This document shows positions 10,912 through 23,039 of a stretch of DNA of 64,000 nucleotides, one piece after another. Within the stretch, counting starts at the first letter, position 1, and the number at the start of each line of letters is the position of its first letter. A program made the position numbers and the translations under genes. Source of the DNA: Paramoeba atlantica (taxonomy: Eukaryota; Protista; Discosea). The DNA lies in assembly GCA_977017575.1 (NCBI GenBank), contig CDRNVI010000161.1, positions 1 to 64,000 on the forward strand. Reading direction: 5' to 3'. Under the pieces are notes generated by a model. The model had not been told where the DNA came from. It searched no databases and was given only the letters and a program-made list of their open reading frames with translations.

Positions 10912-11838
10912 CTTTTTTTTTGTTTTTTTTTTTGTTTTTTTTCCTATTTTTCTTTTGTTTTTTCTTCTTTATCTTTTCCTCTTTATCTTTCCTCTTTTTA
11001 ATCTTTTCCCCTCTCTTCTCTTTTTCTCCCTTTTTCCTTCTCTCTTTCTTTTCTCTTTCTTTTCTTTTTCTTTTCTCTTTCTTTTCTCTTTCTTTTCTCC
11101 TTAACACAGGAAAGTTGTTTAATTGAAGAGAGTGTAATTCACGTTTTAAAAAATGGTCCTTTTTTCTTCATTGGTTTTTTTTCTTTTTTTCTTTGTTTTT
11201 TTTTCTTTTGTTTTTTCTTTTTTGTGTGTTTTTCTTTTTTTTCTTTTTTTTTCTTTTCTTTTATCTTTTGTTTTTTGTCTTCTTTATCTTTTATCTTTCC
11301 TCTTTTTAATCTTTCTCCCCCCCCTCTTCTCTTTTCTCCTCTTTTCCCCTCTTTCTCCTTCTCTTTTCTTTTCTTTCCTTCTCTTTCTTTTCTTTTAAAA
11401 CAGTGAAGTCGTTGAATTAGAAAAGAGTGAAATCACATATCAAAAAAAATCCTTTTTCACAGTTTTTTTCTTTTCTTTTTTCTTTTTCTTTGTCTTTTCT
11501 GTCTTTTTTTTCTTTTTTTCTTTTTTTTTTCTTTTTTTTTTTTTTTTTTTTTTTTTTCTTTTTTTTTTCTTTTTTTTTTCTTTTTTTTCTCTTTTTTCTT
11601 TCTTTTCTGTCTTTGTTTTTCTTTTTTTCTTTTCTTTCTTTTTTTTTTTCTTTTTCCTTTTCCTTTTTTTTCTTTTTTTTTCTTTTTTTTTCCTTTTTTT
11701 TCTGTCTTTGTTTTTCTTTTTTTCTTTTCTTTCTTTTTTCTTTCTTTTTTCCTTTTCCTTTTTTTCCTTTTTTTTGTTTTTTTTTGTTTTTTTTGTTTTT
11801 GTTTGTTTTTGTTTGTTTTTGTTTGTTTTTGTTTATTG

Positions 11839-11869
<31 letters not shown>

Positions 11870-12807
11870 GTTTGTTTTTTTATTTTATTTTTTTCCCTTG
11901 TTTTCTTTTCTTTTTTTTGTTTTTTGTTTTTTTTTTTGTTTTTTTTTGTTTTTTTTTGTTTTTTTTTGTTTTTTTTTGTTTTTTTTTGTTTTTTTTTTGT
12001 TTTTTTTTTTTGTTTTTTTTCCTTTTCCTCCTCTTTCTCCTTTCTTTTCTTGACAAAGCGAAAAGAAAAAGAAAATTGTTGGTTTTCTCTTTTTTCTCTT
12101 TCTCTTTTCCCTCTTCCTTTCCTTTTTTTTCCTTTTCCTTTTTTCTTTTTCTTTTTTCTTTCTTTTTTTCTTTTTCTTCTCTTTGTTTCTTTTATCTTTT
12201 CTTCTCTCCCGTTCTCTCTTCTTTTTTCTCTCTCTTTCTTCTCTCTTCTCTTCTCTCCTTTCCTCTCCCCTCCTCTCTTCTCTTTGTTTGTCTCCCCCCC
12301 CCTTTTGAACCCCAAGGGAACATCATGTTTTTTTTGTTATTATTATCACACACTCTGATCCTGTGTAGGTTCTATTCTCTTTCTCTCTTTTTCCTCTTCT
12401 TTTTTCTCTTTTTCCTTTCATCGCCCATTCTTATTTTTACTTTTCAGAGCGCAAAGGAATTGTTCTTCTCTCAAAGGACTGGACTTGAAGAGAAGAGGAG
12501 GAAGGGAAAAAAGTTCGAAAACCTTGACCACTCGCTGTCCGTCCACAAGAGAAGAGGAGGAGAGAGAGAGAGAAAATTGTGTGGTGTGTGTGTGGCATGT
12601 TTGATCTTCACCCCCACCCCCACCCCCCACCCCCAAAAAAAAACAAAAAAAAAGATGTATCTTTGTATCAAGGTTAATTTTTTTGGTTTTTTTTTTGGAA
12701 AAATCGCAAACGAAAAAGAGAGAAGTTGCCACACAATCAAAGTTGGATAAGGAGGGCAAAGAGAAGAGAGACCAAACAACACAAAAGAGGATTATTTCGT
12801 GATAATT

Positions 12808-12858
12808 TTCATACTCTCTGGGTCTGATTTTTCGAATTAGTACCCCAGAGAGAATGAA
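12808..12858. other. Dispersed hairpin family member
   Basis: TTCATACTCTCTGGGTCTGATTTTTCGAATTAGTACCCCAGAGAGAATGAA folds as a long stem and is identical at 53564-53614. Confidence 0.6.
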
Positions 12859-13454
12859 GAATCCACAAAAAAAAAAAGAAGATCCACCAGTCAGTCGGGG
12901 GGATTGGGGTGTTGTGTGTGTTGTGTTGTTGTTTTGGTGTTAAAAGAAATATCCACGTTTTTTTTTTGAAACAAAATGTCTTTGGTGGTGTGTCTTTCTT
13001 GGATTTTAAAAATTGTTCATCATTGGTTTTTTTTTCTTTTTTTCTTTCTTTTTTTGTTGTTCTTCTTTTTCTGGCACTGTTTTTCAGGGTTTTTTGGGCC
13101 CGACATATTGGTCTGTGGTTTTATATTAATATTGTCATCTCAATAAAACACCACCTCCCTCCCCCAATATCTTTTTCTTAATTATGTGTGGGTCCTTCTT
13201 AAAATCCCAATGTACAGAATAACTGGTTGTGTTGGGAAGAAGAAAAAAAAAGTATCTTTCACCCCCCCCAACCAACCACACACACTGGATAAAGAAAAGT
13301 AGTGTATTGTGTTGGGTGTCATTCTTCTGCTGCCATCCCAGAAAAAGAAAAAAAAAATTATGAAAAGAAAAATGACTCTTTGGTGAATGTCTCAAAAAGA
13401 AAGAAGATTTTTGTTAAAGTTTCAATTTATATTTTTTTATACAAGCTTTTTTTT

Positions 13455-14321
<867 letters not shown>

Positions 14322-17190
14322 TTAATTTAGATCTCCAAAAAAAATCTCGTTCTTTTTTTTTTTTTTGCGTTTTGTTGTTTTTTGTGGTGGGAGAGAAGAG
14401 AAGAGAAGAGAGCGCTCTCTTCTTTCTGTTTGTTTTTGTTTGTTTTTTGTTTGTTTTTGTTTTGTTTTGTGTGTTATTTGTTTTGTTTGTTTTGCCAATC
14501 TCACCAACCACCATCGCGCAGTTTTATGGTGGTATGTGTTTTGTGTTTTTTGTGTTGTGTGGGGGTTTGTTCTTCTCCTCACACCCCCTCCGCCCCCTTC
14601 TCTCTCTCTCAACCTCATCTTTTAACACACAGAGGAGAGAGGAGAAGGGAAAAAGAACCTCTCTCTCTCTTTGATGAAGGGAGATGAAAAGCAAAGAATG
14701 CGATAAAGAGGTGGTTTGTGTACTCTCTTCCTCTCCTTTTTTTTTTCTCAAACACACTTCTCTTCTCTCACACTCCTGACCATTTTTTCCCCCTTTCTCT
14801 CTCTCTCTCTCTCTCCCTCTTTCTTTCCCCTCTTTCTTTTCTCTCTTCCCTTTCCTTCACACAGTTTTCAAAGGAACAAAACATAAAAGTGGGGGGAAAA
14901 GGGTGGTGTTTTGTTTCACCCACATTAAAAGAGCAAATATTAGGGAACATGACAATCGAAAGAGTAGAGGGATAGTGGGTGAAAGGGGGAAGAGAAGATC
15001 ACCAGAGAGACACCCAATAGAGAGAGTGATGTTTGTGGTGGATGATCTCTCTTCTCTTTTTAGCCTGAGACGACGATCTTGTGTGTGTATTCTGAGGAGA
15101 GGCCTTTCTTCGAGCGTGTTTTGGCGATGATGGTGTAGTGTTTGGTGTATACTTCTCTTTTGAAAATGTTGGTTATTCATGAAGAACTTTACCACTGATT
15201 ATATGTTTCTGCTCTCTCTCTCTCTCTCCTTTCCCAAAAAATCCATGTTTGGTGTTGTTGGTGTGTGTGATTAGACCCTCTCTCCTCCCTTCTCTCTCTC
15301 CCCACTCTCACTGCTGCGCCCTATTCCTCTGTTTCTTATCATTTTTTTGAGGAGTAAAAGCTCTTTCTTCTTAGCTTTCTTCTTTTGGAGGGTTCCTTGA
15401 CACCTTCTTTGTCTCTTGAAATATTTGTCTCTTGGATTGGTGACAGTGATATTGGATCGGATCTCTCTCCTCTTCTTTAAGTGGTATGTCCTATCATAAT
15501 GAAATCAAATGTCTTCTTTCTCGAAAAAAATGTGACTTTCTCGACAAAAGGTATACCACGTATCGGACCCTGTATGTATCGTTATACTACACACACAACA
15601 CACAATAAGATTTTTTGCAACACACTGAGAAGGTTACTTTTTTGCATGGATTATTTTTTCTGTCTGTGTTTGGTGTGTTTTGTTGTTTACTTTTTTTGTA
15701 TTTGTCTCTTTGTGTTTTAAAAATGGGGTGTGTGTGTGTTAATGTTGTTTTTTTGTGTTTTTGTTTTGTTTTGTTTTTTGAGAAGAGGAAGGGAAGGAAG
15801 GAAGGAAGGAAGGGTGTGTGAAAAATTTATTAATTTGTACAAAAAACAGTTTGTTGTCTCTCAAAGCCAAATTCTCAAATCGAAAAAAAGACAGGAATCC
15901 CCAGATTCCACTCCAAAAGTTCATCAAGAAGAAAACAGACAAAAAGAATGAAAAGAATTTAGATCACCGAGATTGGTGTATTAATTGAAAGAAGTATCCC
16001 GTCCATTGAGGGGAATACGAAATCGTTGTAAATGATTGATGTCCATTTTAAAAGAAGGTTTTGTGTTCTTGTTAATTTGTTCTTGTTGAACTTGTTTTTT
16101 TATTATTTGTTTTATTTTTTGCTTTTGGTATTTTTGGTATTTGTTTTGCTCTTTTCTTTTTTGTGGCGATTGGTTTGGTTGGTTGGTTTTGATTAGTTAG
16201 GATAATATAATAATATGTGTGTGTCCACCAGCAGGGTTAGGGGGTTGTTAGGGAGGTGCAATAATTTATTTTTAGATGTTTATTTTTTTCTCTCATCTGT
16301 TATTATTGGAAGAGTGTTTTTGTTATTGTGTTAATTATTAGTATTTAATTAATTAAAATTCTCTGATACTAAAATCTGATTCTTCCTCCTCCCCCTTCTC
16401 TTTACTAGTGTGAGGACATCTTTTTTGTTTCCTTCGTTACAAAGACCTCCTTCCAATCACAAGCCTTTTTGAAAATATGAGTGGCACAGGTTTCCCTTTA
16501 TTTTGTGTTTTGTTGTTTCAGTGTTTCAGTGTTTGGTTTGTTAGTTATTTGATTGTGTGGATTTGTTTATCTTTTTTAGTATGATGTGATTATTCTGTTG
16601 TGTTGGTTTGTTGTTGGTTTGTTGGTTTGTTGGTTTGTTGGTTTGTTGTTGGTTTGTTGGTTTGTTTGTTGTTTTGTTTGTTGTTGTTGTGTCATTCAGT
16701 GTTACATTTGTTTTGTTTGTTGTGATTGTGATTGTTGTGATTGTAGTTAAGTTACAGTTGTTGTTGCTGTTGTTTATGATTGTGATTGTTTTTCTTGTTT
16801 GTTGTTGTTTATTGTTTGTTGTTTGTTGTTGTTTGTTGTTATTGTTGTTATTATGATTGTTGGTTTGTTATTGTGATTGCAATTGTTATGTTGTTACTAT
16901 TTTTTATAATCATTATTGTTGTTATTGTATTGTTATGATTGTTGTTGTTATTTGATTGTTATTGCTTTTATTATCATTGTTAATTGTTAAATTGTTAATA
17001 ATAGAATGGGGGCATTTTTGTTTCTTTGTTATAAGACTCCCTCCAGGCCTTTTTTTATATTACCCCATTCCCAACAATCCCGACTATTGTGCCACCACCA
17101 GGTTTTTCTCTTTTTTCCTTCTTTTATTTTGTGCTTGTTTTTGTTTTTGTTAATGGTATTGCTGTTGTGGTGGTGATGATATTTTGATTG

Positions 17191-17300
17191 TGTTGTTATT
17201 TGTTGTTATTTGTTGTTATTTGTTGTTATTTGTTGTTATTTGTTGTTATTTGTTGTTATTTGTTGTTATTTGTTGTTATTTGTTGTTATTTGTTGTTATT
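17191..17300. repeat. (TGTTGTTATT)11 minisatellite within a TTG-rich low-complexity tract
   Basis: Perfect 10-bp units. The equivalent position in B (about 58070-58470) has 12-bp TTGTTATTCTTG-type units. Confidence 0.9.
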
Positions 17301-18748
17301 GTTGTTCTTTGTTCTTTGTTATTATTGTTGTTATTTGTTGTTATTTGTTGTTCTTTGTTATTTGTTGTTATTGTTGTTATTTGTTATTGATATTTGTTGT
17401 TGATATTTGTTATTGTAATTGTTATTGTTGTTGTTGATTTTGTTTTTTTGTGTTGTGGTTATGTTGTGTTCGTAATTTTAACCAATTTTTCACAGAAAAA
17501 CACAAAAAAAGAGAGAGAGTGTGGAATCATCAAGACAAAGATGAGGGTTGGGGATTTCTGGAGGGAGCCAGCCACATATAATGGTTGGTTGGTTCTTTTG
17601 TAATATTTATATTTATATTTCCGTTTTGTTGTTAATATTTTTTTAGTTGGTTAATTTGTCTTCTGTTTTTTGTTTGGAGGGGTGATGTGCATTTAATTAG
17701 TGTTGTTTTGTTTTGTTTGTTTGGTTTTGTTGGAGTTAAATATTATTATTGTTAATTGTTTTTGGTCACTTTGTTGGTAGTTGGGACATCAGTGTTTTTG
17801 TGTATTGGTTGTGCATTGGTTTTTGTGTAAGTTGGTTGTGTGTTGTCTTGTGTACACACATTTTTCAAGGTTTATTGTTTGTTTGAACCAAACAATCAAA
17901 AATGACAAAAAGGTTTTCTTTTTTTTTTTTTTCGTCTTTCTTTCGTTTCGGTCCTTTTTGTTCTTTTTTTTTTTGTTCTTTTTTTTTTTTTTTTTTTTTC
18001 TCCCTTTTTGTTCTTTTTCTTTTTTTTTTGCTCTGTTCTACATTTTTTTTTTTGATGTTGGTGTTGGTCTTGTGTATGGGGTGTGGTTTTTTGTGGGGTT
18101 GGTGTTTTTCTAGAAGAGGGTTTTAATTGATGTGCAGGTTTTTCTTTTGATTTTTCTTTTGATTTTTTTTTTTTGATTTTTTGGTTTCTCTTTTTTTTTT
18201 AAGATCCAAAAAGTTTCCACAGACACACTATGGTTTTTCTCTTTCTGTTTTTTGTTAATACAAATGAGGTTTGCTTTGTGGGGATGGTTTGGGTTTTTCG
18301 TTCGATAAAATGGTGAATGTAGGTGTTTTTGTGGGAATTGTGTACCTTTTTTCTGTGGTGGCGCACCTTGTTTTTTTTTTTGGAGGGGGGGGGTCTTTAA
18401 TTGGGAGGGGGTTTGTTCAAAGGAAGAACACACTGTTTTGTTGAGATTTAATAAGACTAAAAAGGTTATAATATTTGTTCACATAAACAAATGTTGCAGC
18501 CTCTTTGGGAATTTTCCAGAATGGACATGAAGATTGGGTTTTGACTCGCACACCACCTCCGTAAATACGCCACAGTAGCACCAATTTTGTTGGGGGGGAT
18601 GGGGGATATATTGCCAAAATACATAATTTCCACAATTGTTTCAATTTGGTTGGTGACTTGAAGGAAGGGGGGGGGAGGTTTTCGTGGTGGTGTCGTATCT
18701 CCCCCAATCCTTTTTAAACCCATTTTTTTTTTCGATTTTTATCAAATT

Positions 18749-18821
18749 GCCTCCGTAGCTCAGTCGGTAGAGCGCTAGACTCTTAATCTAGTGGCCGCGG
18801 GTTCGAGCCCCGCCGGGGGCT
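18749..18821 (+). tRNA. tRNA-Lys(CTT), IGS A
   Basis: Cloverleaf with acceptor GCCTCCG/CGGGGGC, anticodon loop CT-CTT-AA, GTTCGA T-loop and a downstream T-run. Confidence 0.97.
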
Positions 18822-18921
18822 GTTTTTTTTCTTTTTCTTTTTCTTTTTTTTTTTCTTTTTTCTTTTCTTTTTTTTTCTTTTTTTCGGGTACAAAAGTTCG
18901 AGTCCTGAAAAAAAAGTCGAA

Positions 18922-19037
18922 AAAATTGATGGCAGACGCATCCTTCGTCCAGAGAAAAGTTCTCGTTCTCGACTCGCCTTCGGCTCGTCTCAACTCGAAC
19001 TTTTCTCTGGACGAAGGATGCGTCTGCCATCAATTTT
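18922..19037. repeat. Perfect 41-bp inverted repeat with 34-nt loop
   Basis: AAAATTGATGGCAGACGCATCCTTCGTCCAGAGAAAAGTTC (18922-18962) and its exact reverse complement (18997-19037). It extends imperfectly for about 20 more bp. Confidence 0.97.
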
Positions 19038-19109
19038 CCTGACTTTTTTTTGGACAAGAATCTTTTTATTGGAGAAAAGTTTGATGATATAAAGTGATCA
19101 AAATTTTTA

Positions 19110-20815
19110 TTATTCACCGACACTTTTGTCAAGGTTCTCCTTTCCTTCAATCTTTTGTTTCTTCTTTTTTGGTTCTGAAAACTTGAAGGTACAGTCTTTA
19201 AAATGGTTTCCCCCACCAATATTTGCCCCTCCCAGAGGAGAACAAGAAGGAACAAAACTCTGTTGATACAAAGGTCCCATCGACTCCATCCCAGGAGCAA
19301 ACCGAAAATAGTATGACATATTCTCTTCTCCTGACTCAAAGACTGGGTGTTTGTTGATATATATATACTGGAAGTTCACCAGCTTCTTCAAATAAATCTT
19401 TTTCAGGAGGAGTTGGGGGTGGTTGGGAACAAACAAACTGCTGTGTTCGAGGACGAGGGGATGGAAAACCAACAAGGGGATGATGACTGGGACTGCTCCT
19501 TGGAGAAGGTCGGAATGGGACAACTCGAGGTGATTGATATGGAACTGGGGATCAAGATGGAATTGGAACTAAGGGTTGAGATGGGACTGTGGATCGAGAT
19601 GAGGGTCGAGATAGGACTGGGGGTCGAGATGAAATTGGAACTGAGGGTCGAGATGGGACTGGAAGTGGGACTGGTTGTTCAGATGAAGAGACAGTTGATG
19701 AGAGAACTGGTGATGGACAAGAAGATTGTGCACTAACACCAAATGCATTATTTTTGAGTTTACCTCGTTGTTCAGCTGATGGATCAGTGTATGAATTCAA
19801 GGGATCAGATCGAGCCATGTCCAGTCAACTTGATGACCATATGGGGGTTTCCTCCAGCAGCAAGAGAAAGAGTGACGAGAGTGGAGCGCAAACTCTGGTT
19901 TGTGAATCTCTTTCCAATTTGATCAGTGGCAATTCCTATTTTTTGGGCTGTCTCTTTAAACCAATTGCCAATTGTTTTCTCTCCCACAGGCTGGGTCTTA
20001 TACCAATTCCCAGATTTGAGGTAAGCACCATGAGTGTCGTTTGGCTGAAGAAAAACACGATCATCCTTTGGGTGTGCTGGACGTTTTGCAGTCATTTCAG
20101 CATAAAGATCGATAAAGACACCATCCAAAACACTACTTCTTTCCAAATCTTTTGGCGGAGGCATAGGTCGATCCCCTCCCTGGTGGTTTTTATCTTGGAT
20201 GGCTTGATACCTCAAAACACCAGTTTTTTCTCCAAAATCATTTGTTTCCCATTGAAAGTGACTCAATCGAAAATGTGCTTGCTCATTCCCTCAACAGCCA
20301 AGACACAAGCCTGCAATGATAAAAAGGGTCATGTTTAGTCCTTGAGGAGTGTCAATCCCCCAAACATTTACCATCGCAATCGCTTCTTCTGCAGTGACTG
20401 CACTGGCAGAAACTTTTCTCTTTTCAGGGATTTTTTGGATCAGAGATCGTGCTGTGTCTCGTGCTGCTCGTGCTGCTTTGAAAGCAGGATCCTCAAAAAT
20501 GTTGATGGTTTGTTGTTGTTCTTGAAAAAACTTTTCGTTAATTTGTTTTGCAACAGAATTCCAGATTGTTTTCATTGAAGAATCGCAGTAAGAGTCTTCA
20601 TTTTCCTTCTTCATATTGAAGGCGAATTTCTTCATGACTCGACAAATTTCTTGTCTGTTTGAAGTTGCAGGATGAAACGAGACATTGTTGCTGGGTTCTG
20701 CCAAGAACCGCTCAAACACCCTCCAGTATGACTCTTTTTGCTTTTTTCCTCCCTTTTGTCTCTCATTCATCGACTCTTCCATTTCTTGCGATGATTTGTT
20801 CATTCTTTCTTGCAC
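19110..20815 (-). pseudogene. Tyrosine recombinase (Crypton/DUF3504-like) with stops and frameshifts
   Basis: MKKENEDSY..SMKTIWNSVAK, IFEDPAFKAAR, TPQGL..LGC*GNE (TGA at the box I Arg, in frame with the next ORF), KNHQGG, WYKTQPVGEKTI, FTNQSLRST, LTGH, (+1 shift) PLNSY. A Pro/Ser linker follows, then NHFKDCTFKF. Confidence 0.85.
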
Positions 20816-20856
20816 TCAGTTCTTCGCTTCAAAAAAAAAAAGAAAATGTCGAGTTG

Positions 20857-21147
20857 CCAATGATGACGTCAATGATGAAAGGTGAAAAAAGGACGAGTCC
20901 TTTTGTCACTTCCTGACCAATGAATGAGTGGCACGTCAGGTTTTTCAAGTGAAGAGTGAAAAAAGAACGAGTCCTTTTTTCAACTTTTGGCCAATAGGAG
21001 GATGCCACATCAGAAAATGATTCAAAATAAACTTTTTTAGACAAGAAAAGATGACATCTCCATGCAAAACAAAAAACAATGCCTGAAAAAAGCTGATGTG
21101 GTGTTGTTTTATTAGAGGAAATCAGCCAATAGCCTGCAGCTACGTCA
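20857..21147. promoter_or_regulatory. Three CCAAT-N9-(C/G)(C/T)AC(G/A)TCA composites plus a TGACGTCA, upstream of the YR gene
   Basis: Composites at 20917-20938, 20991-21012 and 21126-21147, all with exactly 9-nt spacers. TGACGTCA at 20864-20871. Confidence 0.55.
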
Positions 21148-21249
21148 TCTGAAAACTTTTCTCTTTCCAAAGGTTTTTTCTCTTCTTTTTCTAAAGGTTT
21201 TTTCTCTCTTCTTTTTCTCTCTCTTTTTCTCTTCTCTTTTTTTTATTTT

Positions 21250-21545
21250 TTTTTGAACTTGGTCTGAACTGAACTGCTTCTTTGTTGCTCAAAGGTTTTT
21301 CTCTCTTCTCTCTCTCTTTTTCCTTTCTTTTTCTTTTTTTTTTCCTTTTTCTTTTCCTTTTCTTTTTCTTTTCCTTTTTCTTTTTTAACCTGATGTGGGG
21401 GGGCTACCTTCTTTTGCTCTTTGAAATGTTTTTCTTTTTCTCTCTCTTTTTCTCTCTCTTTTTCTCTTCTCTCTTTTTTCTTTCTCTTTTTAAACTTGGT
21501 CTGAGTTGAACCGCTTCTTGTCAATTTGCTCTTTCAAAGGTTTTT
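21250..21545. repeat. About 45-bp spacer subrepeats (TTTGAACTTGGTCTGAACTGAACTGCTTCTTTGTTGCTCAAAGG)
   Basis: Two copies here and about six at 60034-61835 in unit B, separated by CT-rich tracts. Confidence 0.75.
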
Positions 21546-22450
21546 TCTCTTCTTTTTTTTTTCTTTTTTTTTTTTTTTTTTTTTCTTTTTCTTTTCTTTT
21601 CTTTTCTTTTCTTTTCTTTTTTCTTTTCTTTTCTTTCTTTTTTTAAAACCTAATTATGTTGAACTACCTTCTTGTCAATTTACTCTTTCAAAAGTTTTTT
21701 CTTTTCTTTTTTTCTTTTCTTTTTTTCTTTTTTTTTCTTTTCTTTTTTCTTTTTTTTCTTTTCTTTTCTTTTTTCTTTTTTTCTTCTTTTTTTTCTTCTA
21801 TTTTTCTTTGGATGGGTCAACCCTGTTGGATAACATGGATAATTGTGGGGGTGGTTAAATATTGGAGGGGGGGTGGGGTTGTGTTGACAAGGTTTTAGGG
21901 ATGGAATAAAATAGGAGAGGGGCAAGGTCTATTTTGGTTTGGGGGGTGGGGGTGGTAAATTTGCAATGGATATATTGAAAAAAAACTAAAAAGGCTTTCA
22001 TATTTGTTCACAGAAACAAATGTTGCAGCCTCTTTGGAACATTTTTCAAAGGAGTGATGATGAGTTATGTGGAAATATACAGATTACATATATAACACAC
22101 AATACACACAGCTTCTTTTTTGTTCTCTCTTTTGTATTACCAGATAAAACCTTTTTTTTCCTCTTCTTTTTTTTTCCTTTTTCTTTTTTTCATCTTTTTT
22201 CTTCCTTTCTTTTTTCTTCCTTTCTTTTTGTTAAAATGATGGACCCACCCTCAATTTGATGTTGTTGTGGGTTTGAGTGTGGATAAAAGAGTGTTTCTCT
22301 ACTACCCCCCCCCCCTCTTGGCCACACCACACAACACAAAAACAAATTTCACAAAGCTCACTTGTTATGTTGAATACATAAAAAAATGTTTTGTTCTCTT
22401 TTTCAAATTAAATTCTTGATTTCATTCTCAATTTTTTTTTTTGTTTTTCA

Positions 22451-22737
22451 GAGTGTTGCACACGAGCAATGTGCGCTACTCTGAAGACACTTGGCTCTCT
22501 GCTCTATTCGTTTGATCCGACTCTTGATCTCCTCCAACTCAATTCCCAATCTCCTTCAAGTCGACCCTTGGTCTCCTCCAAGTCGACCTTCTGTGAATCT
22601 AAATAAAGAACACCATTGATGATGTCATCAGGAAGTTTCTCGCTTTTTCGTGAGACTTCTGAGGACCGCTCTTCAGTTGTCCATTCAACATATTTCTGAC
22701 ACGCCTTCTTTAGTCTGTACCAAAGTAGACGTGTTCA
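22451..22737 (-). other. CpG-rich coding-like fragment (coiled coil), present only in unit A
   Basis: The minus strand reads LLWYRLKKACQKYVEW...DLEETKGRLE and, after a frameshift, ELEEIKSRIKRIEQRAKCLQ. Unit B runs straight across this site (about 62676). Confidence 0.4.
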
Positions 22738-22948
22738 GTGTGTGTGGTGTGTGGAGTGTGGTGTGTGTGGGGGTTTGTGATTTCCTTTGAACTTTTTGTG
22801 GAAATTCTTTTTTGATACAAAGAGAAAGAAAAAGGGAAAAGCAAACTCATGAATTGAGAGGTGAAAGAACAAAAAAAGGGTTGTTCAAAGGAAAGAACAA
22901 AGAAGAATAAAATAAGAATTTGGGGAAAAAAATGGGTAAGTAAAGAAA

Positions 22949-22970
22949 TGACGTGGCATTATTTGATTGG
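22949..22970 (-). promoter_or_regulatory. CCAAT-N9-CCACGTCA composite upstream of the 45S operon
   Basis: TGACGTGG-CATTATTTG-ATTGG, identical at 62894-62915. Confidence 0.5.
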
Positions 22971-23039
22971 TCTACTTTTTTAGAACTCCAAAATTAGCTT
23001 TTCTGGGTCAAAAAAGCTGCTCTTTCTTCTCAGAGGGGT

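Larger units (their letters stand above)
18885..21156 (-). mobile_element. Crypton-like tyrosine-recombinase DNA element inserted 3' of tRNA-Lys (absent from unit B)
   Basis: A unique 2.3-kb block between T-rich flanks that resume homology with unit B (A about 21160 = B about 61400). It encodes a YR and has a terminal hairpin and promoter-like repeats. Boundaries are approximate. Confidence 0.8.

Noticed and set aside
15508-15545. Possible heat-shock element TTCTCGAA
   Set aside because: Only two nGAAn units in correct phase, and about 1.4 kb from the ubiquitin ATG.
16230-16245. Telomere-like AGGGTTAGGG
   Set aside because: Fewer than two units, so expected by chance.
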